A stretch of DNA of 64,000 nucleotides from Eledone cirrhosa. Its lineage: Eukaryota. Of this stretch, positions 28,341 through 40,300 are shown in pieces. The stretch is taken from NCBI GenBank assembly GCA_964016885.1, contig OZ024755.1, forward strand, positions 5,828,001 through 5,892,000, read 5' to 3'. The notes beneath the pieces are model-generated. The model ran no database searches. It saw nothing but the letters and a program-made list of their open reading frames with translations, and was not told the DNA's origin. Positions within the stretch are counted from its first letter, which is position 1, and every line of letters starts with the position of its first letter. The translations under genes and the position numbers were made by a program.

Positions 28341-29034
28341 TGAACCTTAAAGAACCAGTTTTATATAAATTTATATAATTAAATTAAATATATAATAATT
28401 TCCTGCAATCAATAAATAAATCGTTAAACATTTTTGTTGAGTAGCAACACAGTGAAAATATCCAAAGTGTTGGATATGGCATTATGACCTGGCACATGAA
28501 TTTGGCGTGGGCAACTGTGAGCTATGTAATGAAAATTGGAGGTTTCGTAGTGAGGTCAGAGCTAGATGTGTCAAAAACTAGATTCGTCAAATTCCTAAAC
28601 TGTAATTTGAAATTATTTTAATTGGTAGAATAAGGTGAATAACTGGAAGAAGAGGACAGACGTTGTAAAGCGTGTCTAATAGATTTAGATATATCATTTT
28701 GCCACAGAAATACAGTTGGTATGTAATATGTGGCCGTGTGGAATGATGGAAGTTTTTTTGAGGTTATGTATGTAAAGGTTTAATTTAAATTGTACTAAGG
28801 CAAGTATAAAAACCCAATCTATACATTCATTTAAATATATCATTTTTGACATAAGTGAAATAAGAAAATGTAAGAATGTATCCTACAGACAGAAAATAAT
28901 TGACTCTCCACTTAATATATGTTTGTATTGTATTACACCATTTTCTCAATGTAAAATACTAGCTTAAGGTAATGGTAAATTACACAAAGTAGGGAGGACT
29001 CTTCAATTTTGCTGAGTAAATGACAACTTATTTA

Positions 29035-29380
29035 CTGCTGGTGCTATCATAAAATGCACCCAGTACATTCTGTAAAGTCATAGTGCTGGTGTTATGATAA
29101 AATGCACTCAGTATACTCAGTAAAGTGATAATGGTGGTGTTATGATAAAGTGATAGCGCTGGTGCCCTTCTAAAATGTACTCAATACACTATCAAGTGTT
29201 AGTGTTAAGATAAAATGCACTCAGTACACTCTATCAAGTGTTGGTGTTATGATAAAATGCACCCAGTACACTCTATAAAGTGATAATGTTTGTTCCACAA
29301 TAAAATGCATCCAGTATATTGTATGAAGTGGTAATGCTGGTGCTATGGTAAAATGCACTCAGTACACTCTGTAGGTAGGT
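29035..29380. repeat. Degenerate tandem repeat, units about 45-60 bp
   Basis: Recurrent TAAAATGCAC(C/T)CAGTACACTCT.TAAAGTG. Confidence 0.8.
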
Positions 29381-31549
29381 AAAGTGGTGTTAGTAAAGGC
29401 ATTCAGTGGTATAAACGATGCCAAAATATGGAACATAGGAGCCAGATGTAGTTCTCTGAGCTGTCTAGACTAACACTGTGGCAAACGTCCAGTTGGTGCC
29501 AGCATGGAAAACAGATGTAAAAGGATGATGACAATGATGATGATGATATATGATAGATATATATATTCACATATTTTATACCTCATGGATATATTGGTAT
29601 GGAAGTAATACACACACACACATATATATATATACACAGACACACACATGTAATCTATACACAAATATTTTGTACCTCATGGATATATTAATATGAAGGT
29701 AACACATACAAACACACATGATGGCTGTCCCCTCGTTATCGAGTATGGCCATTGTATGATTTAACATTATTAATAATTTTCAATTAATTCTACCGTGCAA
29801 TGCCTGTGCGTGAAGATATTTTTTAAAGTGAGGAAAGACTGTGCACTGAGCCAATCCCACTCTCTGAGCGACAGTAGCTATAACCCGAAAAGAAGAAAAG
29901 ATCAACATCATTGGTAACTACTGAGCTGCAGGTTTTATGTCGGGGTTACCCCAGTTTTCTGAGTTGCCTTCACCTAGAAGAATGCCCTGACAAAGGCTAG
30001 GGGTCCTTCACTCCCAGTGGTTTAACCACGTGATCGGGTATCCAGCCCGACTATTTCTATGTCCCCACACATATACATACACATGTATAGACATATTTAC
30101 ACATTTTTGGTTGGCCATTGACTCTTATGAGTTTTTCCACCCTTCAAACACATATATATACACACAGACATATACAAACACACACTCACATATCCATATA
30201 GACAATGGGCTTTCACACAGTTTTCGTTTCACTAAATTTACTGACAAGGCATTAGTGAAACCTGGTCAATGTGCTTCACAGTGGGATGGAACCTGAAACC
30301 ACATGATTTAGAAACATTTTTTTCTAAACCACACTGACATTGTGTTGATAAAGAAGAAAACATTTGAAGCAAGCTGTTCTAAAAGATAACACAGCAGAAA
30401 AGAAAGATGTAAAACTATCAAATATAAAGAAGAAGAATTGAAAAAAATAAATAAATTAAAAATAAGAAGAAAAAAATAAGATAAAAAAAATTAAAAATTG
30501 GTTCAATAAAATATAAAAAAATAAAGTAATTTCAAAATGATTCCAGAAATAAATGGTAAACTAAGAATTAGTTGTGAAAAATTTTTGAAAAAAAAAAAGT
30601 TTAGCGAAAAGCTAAAACTGGACACAATTCTGGAAGATTTCCAAAAATCTGTTTTTGTTTTTAAAACAGTGAAATCTTTCCAATATTTTGTCTATTAACC
30701 CTTCAAAATCTTAGGTTACTAGTTATAATTAGCTATCAAAGAAAACAAACCTAATACATATTAAGACACAGTGAAAATAAAACCATAAAGTAATAATAAT
30801 AACGTTTCTACTTTTGGCACAAGGCTAGCAAATACCCTAGTGTATTACTGGTACTTTATTTTATCAACCCTGTAAGGATGAAAGGCAAAGTGAACCTTGG
30901 CGGGACTTGAATTCAGTCTGTAAAGGGACGTAACTATGCTGGAAAGCATGGCATCCGACTCTCTACCGATACTGCCAATCCTCCACCCATAAAGTAATAA
31001 TAATAATTGTTTCTACTTTTGGCACAAGGCCAGCAATTACCAGTACATTACTGGTACTTTATTTTATCGACCCCGTAAGGATGAAAGGCAAAGTTAACTT
31101 CGGTGGGATTTGTACTCAAATTATAACTGTATGCTGCAAAGCATGGCATCCGACACTCTACCAATTCTACCAATCCATCTCCCTATTAATAATAATGATG
31201 ATAATGGTTTCTGCTTTAGGCACAAGGCCAGACATTTTTTGAGAGGGGAAAGTCAATTAAATCAACCCCAGTGCATTACTGGTACTTTATTTTATTGACC
31301 TTGTAAGGATGAAAGGCAAAATAATAATAATAATAATAATGTTTTTTATTGCCACAAGAGTGACAGATATCATATAATACAGAAAGAGGTTACAAAACAT
31401 GAGGAGGGGGGTGGGTACAATGAAATTGAATGATATAGAATGAAAAAATAATAGTTTACACAGTATGGAATATCCCAAGAAGACCATCACATAGAACCTA
31501 ATAAAAAAAAAACATACCGATCCAGGATTACCTGACTACCAAGGGTGAG

Positions 31550-32301
31550 TAAATACCCCCTCTCCCAGTGGTATTTTCCTGACTACAGACATAACTACTC
31601 ACTGTTCAGGATTTTGTAGATTCTACAGTTTGACCTTTGTCTGTGCATGATCAGCCAGAGAATATCAAGCTGTCTATACAGAAGGTGTTGGTAGAAGATG
31701 GACTGCCTGACCAGTGGACCATATCCTTTCTACAAGTGAAAACATCGAATTTTCCAGTCTGATCAGAGATCTGGGATAATTCATGATGGTCAGGAAGTAA
31801 TATATAATAGTAGCAATGGACAAATTCACCAACTCTGCTTGACTTTTCAGAGACAGTCTCTTCTCAACACATTTCATCATCATCATTGTCAGCGTTTTAA
31901 TGTCTACTTTCCCTGCTAGGATAAGATAGGCCACCATGTTTGTAACTTCATCCAAGTTCTTACACATGTGGATGACTGGTTGAAACTAAACCCAAGCAAC
32001 TTTACTGGTTTTTGGTCCAGCCCCACCAACTTACCTGCTCATTCCAGGAAGAACATTTGTATTCCAACTTTTTCCAAAGTAACATTGCTACCCAGTTACC
32101 CCTTGATCTAAGCCAACCACAAAATGTAGACACATTGTAGTGATTAAATATGGCTGTATGTAAGCACAGTTCTAAAATTCTGATCTTCTTCATGGCTACC
32201 ACATCTATGTCTAGTGAACTGAGGTTGTTGAGAAAGTGACTTTGCTTCCAAACCAATCCCAGACTTTGCACATTTATACATCCTACTATGAGTACAGCCA
32301 T
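31550..32301 (-). mobile_element. Degenerate LINE fragment with apurinic endonuclease N-terminus (L1/Tx1-like)
   Basis: ORF 32002-32301 begins AVLIVGCINVQSLG...LDIDVVAMKKI, resembling APE motifs I/II (NVRGL...DVVALQET); left boundary approximate. Confidence 0.55.
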
Positions 32302-33454
32302 GTTGGAAAAATAACAATAATACCAACATAGAGGGGAAAAACAGATACATTATTGCAATTTTGAAAATTAGCTGTAGTTTTTATTCTTGATATTAAATCA
32401 ACTATACAATGTTGATGAGCAAACTGGGCTGGAAGTGGAGGGAACAGAATAATGGTTAAGAATCAGGACTGGTAAAAATTGACCAGGTATGATATGTAAG
32501 AAGAAAAAATAATGTCTTTGTTAATATATTTTTTATATTCAGAGTTTTCATAGAAATTCTTATTTTTTAAATTAAGTTATGATACATCCTTCCCATATGA
32601 CTATTATAAATGCTTATCTTGTATTAAATATAAATAATTATATTTTAAAATTGTTTTACGAAATTTATGCCACCCACCACCATAAATCCTGGTCAGCGTG
32701 AAGAATCTGAATAGGGGTTGGAGGGAAGAACATGAATAAGATGAATTATAAGTGTCACTGCAATTACAAAATAAGGGTGCACTTAAGAGTGGTTACGACA
32801 GTATAGATGGCAGCAGATGTAAGATAGAAAAAAAAAAAAAAATTTTCATCAAAGATTATTCAAACTGCAGTGAATATACCACAACAGTAACTATGGCAGA
32901 TGTTTAATATTGGAAGAGAAAATGTAGCAGATGTCCAGATTACTACAACAGATGTCACAGATGTTTTTGTTTGTTTTTAGTTACAATAGATGTGACACTG
33001 GTAAGTAAACAAACCACAGCTTCAGTTTTCAAATGTAGGCTCAATCAAGGCCAATATTTGTAGGTGAGGGTTTGAATATAATCAATTGAAATGGCACTTG
33101 TAACTTTATTGGTACCTATTTTATTGATTCTGAATAGATCTAATAGGATTTGAAAGTGAGAGCTACGAACAAATTAGAGGATTGAGACCAAATACTTAGT
33201 CTAGTACTCCACTGTCTCAGCTAACTCCGTTGTAGAAATGTGGGTAACCAATACCGATGTTTGTGAAGATTGATGATTACAACCAGTGTGACAAAGTTGG
33301 GGGCTGGGTCAACTGTAAAAACTTATAATGTTTGACATCTTGAAATGATTTATCAGAAAATATCTATAGTATGTTCACTACTGGACAGATTATTGTTAAA
33401 ATTTACAGTATTAGAATAAATAATTCAATGTCGAATATGATGCAGCCATAGTAC

Positions 33455-33605
33455 TCTTCTGTACTTTATAAGACTGTCTTGTCACAGACATAGTGTTGTT
33501 CTGTACTTTATAAGACTGTCTTGCTACATAAACCTCTTCTCTACTTTATAAGACTGTCTTGCTACAGTCATAGTGCTGTTCTGTACTTTAAGAGAATGTC
33601 TTGCT
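33455..33605. repeat. About 40-bp tandem repeat, 4 copies
   Basis: CTGTACTTTATAAGACTGTCTTG recurs. Confidence 0.8.
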
Positions 33606-34402
33606 AATAAATATGGTTCCATGCAATACATGATTTGAAGAGTTAAATATTTGTTGAATATAAATATAGGGAATCAGAGTTTTATAGTTAGTATTAGTGT
33701 GTCAGGTAGGTAAGCAACTATCAAAGGTGTTTATTATTAGTGACAGCCGATGGGCACCACAGTTACTTTTATTACAATTGGTCACAGTAGAGGTGACAAC
33801 AGACAGGGAAGCAGTTGTCATACATGTTGATCACTGGTGACAACCATTACAATTGGTCACAGTAGAGTTGACGGTTGGTTTATAGTATTAGTTTGTATAT
33901 TAGAAATGTTTAGCTCTAGTGACAAACGTCTGTTGATAACCATGAATGGCTGCTTTCATAACATCTGGTAACAGTAGGTTTAACACTATCAGTAAAGACC
34001 TGTTGAGAACCATGGCTGATTTCATTACATCTGGAAACAGTAGGTTTAACACTATCAGTAAACATCTGTGTCACAGATGCTTACCATTCATGGTAGATAA
34101 ACAAGATAAACAGTGGTTACAGTTGTTAACAATATTGAAATATAAATTAATTAAATAATGTAACAATATTTGATAACTGCAGCAGTTTTTACATTATCTG
34201 TTTTAACAACATTTAATATTACATCTGTAACATCTGTTAGATAGATATAACAACTGTAACATACTGATGCAACAGATGTTCATACGATAGGATCTGATGT
34301 CACCTAGGCAGTAACAACATACACAGACAAGTAGCAATATTAGTAACCCTAGTTATGACAAAAATTAAAATGATATAGTCCCACATGTGAATACATACAT
34401 AT

Positions 34403-34490
<88 letters not shown>

Positions 34491-34680
34491 AGGAGACTCC
34501 AACCGTGAAGGTTGCATTTTTCAGGGTATGTCAATATTTATTTATAAAACTAATCTATATTATATTTTATCTGATGAAAGCGCACCATAATCTGCTTTGG
34601 TGGCCCTTGAAATATGTATAATGAAATAAATATGGTTTTATAAATATAGTTTCCATTTGTTAATATATTGTATATATATG

Positions 34681-34728
<48 letters not shown>

Positions 34729-34992
34729 CACGCATATATATATATATTATATATATCATCATCATCATCTTCGTTTAACGTCCATCTTCCACGCTATCAT
34801 GGGTTATATATATATATACATGCATATATAGCATCGTACATTGTTGTTTTAATGTCCGCTCTCCCTGTATATATAATAGGATTATGATGATAATATATAT
34901 ATTGTATCATTGTTCACTGACTGGTGAATTGGATACACAGGCCTGATTAGTCAACATGTTTACTGTAAGTATATACACACACATATATATAT

Positions 34993-35155
34993 GTGGAGGT
35001 GCCACGGCAAAAAAACACCCAGCACTCACTGTAAATGAGGTTGGTGTTAGGAAGGGCATCCAGCTGTACAAATCAAGCCAGAATCAGTTCCCGTCCCACC
35101 CTTGCAAGCAGGGAAAAGCGGACGTAATGAAATGATGATGATGATGATGATGATA
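34993..35155 (+). mobile_element. SINE/RTE-tail family ending GGAAAAG(C/T)GGACGT..(GAT)n; copies at about 40170-40320(-), 41035-41205(+), 48866-48957(+), 52585-52645(+), 61980-62160
   Basis: Shared GTTGGTGTTAGGAAGGGCATCCAGCTGTA and 3' end identical in form to the RTE tail at 48320-48355. Confidence 0.75.
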
Positions 35156-35241
35156 TAGTAGAAAATGAAGGGAAATCCTTGTTACAGTAAGATAAATTTG
35201 AAAAAAAAACGGTAGAATGACTTCACTAGTGGTCGAAGTTG

Positions 35242-35315
35242 TTTAATTATTCAAATCTTTACAAAAGTCGTTATTGATATCAATAACGACTTTTGTAAAG
35301 ATTTGAATAATTAAA
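35242..35315. repeat. 74-bp perfect palindrome (imperfect arms extend to about 35197-35357)
   Basis: TTTAATTATTCAAATCTTTACAAAAGTCGTTATTGAT|ATCAATAACGACTTTTGTAAAGATTTGAATAATTAAA. Confidence 0.95.
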
Positions 35316-35388
35316 GAACATCATCCACCAGAGAAATCATTCTCTCCCTTTTTCAACTATATATATATATATATATATATATCTCATC

Positions 35389-35502
35389 ATCATCATCTTC
35401 GTTTAACGTCCATTTTCCACGCTAGCATGGGTTAGATTTATATATATATATAAATCTAACCCATGCTAGCGTGGAAAATGGACGTTAAACGAAGATGATG
35501 AT
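35389..35502. repeat. 114-bp perfect palindrome made of two inverted SINE/RTE tail fragments around a (TA)n centre
   Basis: ATCATCATCTTCGTTTAACGTCC...GGGTTAGATTTA(TA)nTAAATCTAACCC...GGACGTTAAACGAAGATGATGAT. Confidence 0.95.
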
Positions 35503-35510
35503 AATGATGA

Positions 35511-35563
<53 letters not shown>

Positions 35564-35567
<4 letters not shown>

Positions 35568-35643
35568 ATATAGAAATGGCTTTTACAGGACTAGAACTGT
35601 TTCACTCGGGAGAAATCATCAGGAAGCCCTTTCTATATTAAAA
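35564..35643 (-). ncRNA. Candidate type I hammerhead ribozyme
   Basis: Minus strand: TTTAATATAGAAAGGGCTTC-CTGATGA-TTTCTCCCGAGT-GAAA-CAG(TTCTAGTC)CTG-TA^AAAGCCATTTCTATATTAAA. Intact core boxes, stem III and long stem I; stem II is weak. Confidence 0.6.
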
Positions 35644-35889
35644 GATGCCATTTCCATATTAAATATTTATACTCTGCTATGTATTGAGTACCTTACTTAC
35701 TGTGGTTACCCCTGATTGAACCCGGGATAAACATATATATATATATATATACATATATATGCATACAGACAGATAGATAGATTGGGAGAGACCGGTTTAA
35801 ACTAGTAAGACCATAAGACCATTGATCAGCTAAGTACTCGACATTTAGGAAAAGAGAGTGTAGATATTATAACGAGTTAGTGCCTGATG

Positions 35890-36055
35890 GCCGAGCTCTT
35901 GCTGTTTTGACAGCAAATGAATAATTGAATTATTTTTTTCACTTTCAGCTATTTTGTACCCTGCCCCTGATGAGACAGAGTTTAGAAATAGCTGAAAGTG
36001 AAAAAAGAATTCAGTCCAATTAACCTATTCACTGTCAAAATGGCAAGAGCTCAGC
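35890..36055. repeat. Imperfect long inverted repeat with a CTGATGAG...GAAA motif in the loop
   Basis: Arms GAGCTCTTGC...TTTTTTCACTTTCAGCTATTT / AAATAGCTGAAAGTGAAAAAA...GCAAGAGCTC. Confidence 0.85.
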
Positions 36056-36401
36056 CCCCGCGCATTAACTCTTTCCAATATATATAAATACGTAGATAGA
36101 TAGATGTACATACATATTATACTGATATATATAATAGTGATTAATTGTAATTATATATATATGACATATATATTTTTTGTTGACTTTACACAACAGCTGA
36201 TGAAAGACATAGAAATAATATACTATTAGAAATACTTCAACATCCAACTTGTTGAAATTCCCTTTTTCAAACACCGAATTTAACGCTGACAACGTTCTGT
36301 TGGTTTCCATGTTAATATATAGATAAAACCCTATTACTGAAGGGATAGGGAGATATAAATTAAAGATAAACACCGCCAACTGTTTCTTCTCAAGTAGAGT
36401 G

Positions 36402-36742
36402 TGTTACATCTGTGTACATGTCACAAGCAAGTTACATCTGTGTACATGTCTGTCATCAAGCAAGTTACATCTGTGCATGTCTGTCACAAGCAGGTTACAT
36501 CTGTGCATGTCACAAGCAAGTTACATCTGTACATGTCTGTCACAAACAGGTTACATCTGTACATGTCTGTCACAAACAGGTTACATCTGTGCACGTCTGT
36601 CACAAGCAAGTTACATCTGTGCACGTCTGTCACAAGCAGGTTACATCTGTGCATGTCACAAGCAAGTTACATCTTTACATGTCTGTCACAAACAGGTTAC
36701 ATCTGTGCACACGTCTGTCACAAGCAGGTTACATCTACACAT
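36402..36742. repeat. 26-30-bp minisatellite about 90 nt downstream of the VPS13B stop (probable 3' UTR)
   Basis: Unit GTTACATCTGT(A/G)CATGTCTGTCACAA(G/A)CA(A/G). Confidence 0.9.
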
Positions 36743-36828
36743 GTATTAAACCAATACCAAAACCAGAGAGTTACATGTATTCATTTCAATACCCATATCA
36801 TATATAAAAAATGTTTCATGTTTCAGCC

Positions 36829-37125
36829 TCACAAGAGGAATCCCCGTCCAATTAATCTATTCTTTGCCATCTGAAATAAAGTCAAAAATGTTTCTCGGTA
36901 ATGCGGCTCAACCCTGAACTCAAAATAAGGAGCTGCTGTTGAATGTGCTGGACTAGAAGTGATGCTGCTTGTCTGATGATCACAAACGACAGTGCCACCG
37001 GCTCCACTATCAACACTACACACGGCTCCGTTATCAATGGTATCACTGCTAAGTCCTGGCATAGGAATGAAACCCGGTGTACTATCAAGGAAGGCTGTCA
37101 CTCGATCCTTGTTTGGGTGTTGGTC
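36829..37125 (-). CDS. VPS13B: VPS13B terminal coding exon
   Basis: DQHPNKDRVTAFLDS...FQMAKNRLIGRGFLL*; 297 nt including TGA. Confidence 0.92.
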   Translation of the reverse strand, partial: DQHPNKDRVTAFLDSTPGFIPMPGLSSDTIDNGAVCSVDSGAGGTVVCDHQTSSITSSPAHSTAAPYFEFRVEPHYRETFLTLFQMAKNRLIGRGFLL

Positions 37126-37361
37126 CTAGAAATAAACAGAGACATTCCATATTAATAGACAGTCATGACAAGTGAAGACAGAGTCTGTATCTATGATTAA
37201 ATTTAATTGTGTGTATATATATTGTGTGTATATATAATGAAGGAAGTGTGGTAAGGAACTAGGTGGACCATAATGCACTATATTAAAAAAAATTTATTTA
37301 GTCCAGAAATAACCATCGAAATGGCTTGAGCTATGCCGTTGGCATCTTGAACCTTTTGCTA

Positions 37362-37396
<35 letters not shown>

Positions 37397-40300
37397 GAAT
37401 ATATATATATATATGTGAATACATATACATATATCTAGAGAGAGAGAAAGAATCAAATATCGTTATCTCAAACGATATTTGACTCTTTCGTTCTTTTAAA
37501 TTTGAATTATTGATGCCTTGAAGCAAAGTCCATTGAGCTTATTTATTGAGAAACATGATCATCATACATATTAAATATGTATTGATACCTTAACATGGTA
37601 TATATACATACATATATATTTATTAAATATGATACCTTAACATAGTATATATACATATATATAGTATATATACCTTAACATAGTCTATATACATATATAT
37701 AGTATATATACCTTAACATAGTATATATACATATATATAGTATATATACCTTAACATAGTCTATATACATATAGTATATATACCTTAACATAGTATATAT
37801 ACCTTAACATAGTATATATACATATATATAGTATATATACCTTAACATAGTATATATACATATATATAGTATATATACATATATATAGTATATATACCTT
37901 AACATAGTATATATACATATATATAGTATATATACATATATATAGTATATATACATATATATAGTATATATACATATATATAGTATATATACCTTAACAT
38001 AATATATATACATATATATAGTATATATACATATATATAGTATATATACCTTAACATAGTATATATACATATATATGTGTGTGTGAAACATATTTACCTT
38101 GAAACTCATTTGTTTTGTCTGGTCTTGCCATACAAATGAAAGAACACAAGAATCCTCATCTAAGTCTTCTATACTGCTATTAACAGCAGCAGCAGCACTA
38201 GCAGTAGCACCAGCAGAAGCACCAGTAGCGCCACCCACAGCAGCTGTTGTTGAACTAGAGCTACGTAAGCTAGTGGCAGCAGGGCATTCTATCTCAGCAA
38301 GGGCAAAAGTCTGAAGTGACATGTCTTCTTCACAATCATAAACAAAGAGCAGTTCTGGAGTCAGCAGAAGGACAACTTTGGAGCCTAACCCAGCAAAGTC
38401 AAACTGGACAACATCAACAGCCATCAAGAGAGTTGCTACTGGCATCACGGACTGTAAGGTTTTGCTGAGAAAGTAAGAGAAAAGAAATTCAGATATATAA
38501 TTGCTTCTTGTGGAAGCAGGAAGCCTTAAATATAAATATACTCTCACTCATTAGTTTCTTTAAAAACAAAGCAACAAACTCTCTAGTAATGGTGATAAAG
38601 AGTCCCCAAACAAATAAGGAAACCCCTAATTTTTATTTAACTTGCAAGAAATGGAAGCTAGATCTTCCTTAACCCTTTAGCATTTAAACTGGCCATATCC
38701 GGCCAGAACTGTCTCACCTCTTTCTGTTCAAACCGGCCACTCATACCTATATTAAGATATTGTTCTCAAAATAAATAACATCAAAATCTCATAGATTCCA
38801 TATTATGTGAGATAAAGTGTTTACCGTGAAAATACAATAGTAAATATAGAATAATGTAAATGGTAAAGGGTTAAGCCTTTTGATACTAAATTAAGTAAAA
38901 CTAGCCCTAGTCTTGTGGTTATAAAGCTGTTTAATTTAAAAGGTTTGTATTTATCTGAAAACTTTCCATCATAATTTTATGCCAGAATCTTTGTTAAGTT
39001 ATGTTCCAAAGACCAGCTTAATAATTGTTTCTACTTTTGGCACAAGGCCAGCAATTATCCCAGTACATTACTGGTACTTTATTTTATCAACCCCGTAAGG
39101 ATGAAAGGGAAAGTTAACCTCGGCGGGATTTGAACTCAGACTATAATAGGATGTAATGATGCTAGAAAGCATGGCGTCCAACCCTCTACCAGCTTAATAA
39201 TGGAAAAGTTACATGACTAAATCTTTTCAAAATTATTTGAAAAATTACAACAAGCAGCATCTTTCATTAAAAAATATGGTAACGAAGAAAATAAACACAC
39301 TCTCATATTTTACTGAAAAAAAAAAAAAAAAAAAACCCCAACACGCTATGTCACGGAGTCCTAGATATAATGCCTGAAAATAAAACAGCATTGTCACAAC
39401 TGTAATGTTGTAATGATAAGTGTGATGGTTCAGAACTTGCCTAGAGTTAAATAACAAGAAGGAGAAGAAGAAAAATACAGCAAAAATGATCTGAAAACAT
39501 TTGCATACTAGAAGCACATTTGCAGCTTTACTTTAATCAAAATCTAGTGAAAAGAAGCAAGACAACGGCATTACGACAATGTGTGTAATCTGTGATGGTA
39601 TAATCTGGAATATCTGAAACACTACAAATTAGCTTATGTAAGAAGATACAACACATAACATACACACATAGCCACAGCATGCCACACATACACTTGTCAC
39701 ATATATATATATACACACACACAATGTCACACACACACTTGTCACATATATATATATACACACACACCATGTCACACACACATGCACAGATATACACACA
39801 CATACATTCAGATACACACACATACACACACTCAGACACATGCACACACACACCACGCATACATACTCACATACACGCAGGCATAAACACACACACACAT
39901 ACGTAGATATGTACACACACACACAGACACACAAACACACACACACACATACGTAGATATGTACACACACACCACACAAACACACACACAGGCACACACC
40001 ACACACACAAACCACACACATCAAACTGAAATAGATGAAATGTTCAGAACTAATACAATACATACATATATAACATATATAAAATATATATAACATATAT
40101 ATGTTATATATATAACATATATAAAATATATATAACATATATAACATATATATGTTATATATATAACATATCATCATCATTTCATTTTACGTCCGCTTTT
40201 CCCTGCTTGCAAGAGTGGGACGGGAATTGATTCTGGCTTGATTTCTACAGCTGGATGCCCTTCCTAACACCAACCTCATTTACAGTGAGTGCTGGGTGCT

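Noticed and set aside
35967-35996. CTGATGAG...GAAATAGCTG as an intact hammerhead
   Set aside because: Stem II does not abut GAAA and there is no UH site after the putative stem III; kept only as a relic within the inverted repeat.
36399-36874. Cys/His-rich ORFs (QVTSVHVCHK repeats) resembling zinc fingers or multiheme proteins
   Set aside because: Translations of a 26-30-bp minisatellite antisense to the VPS13B 3' region.
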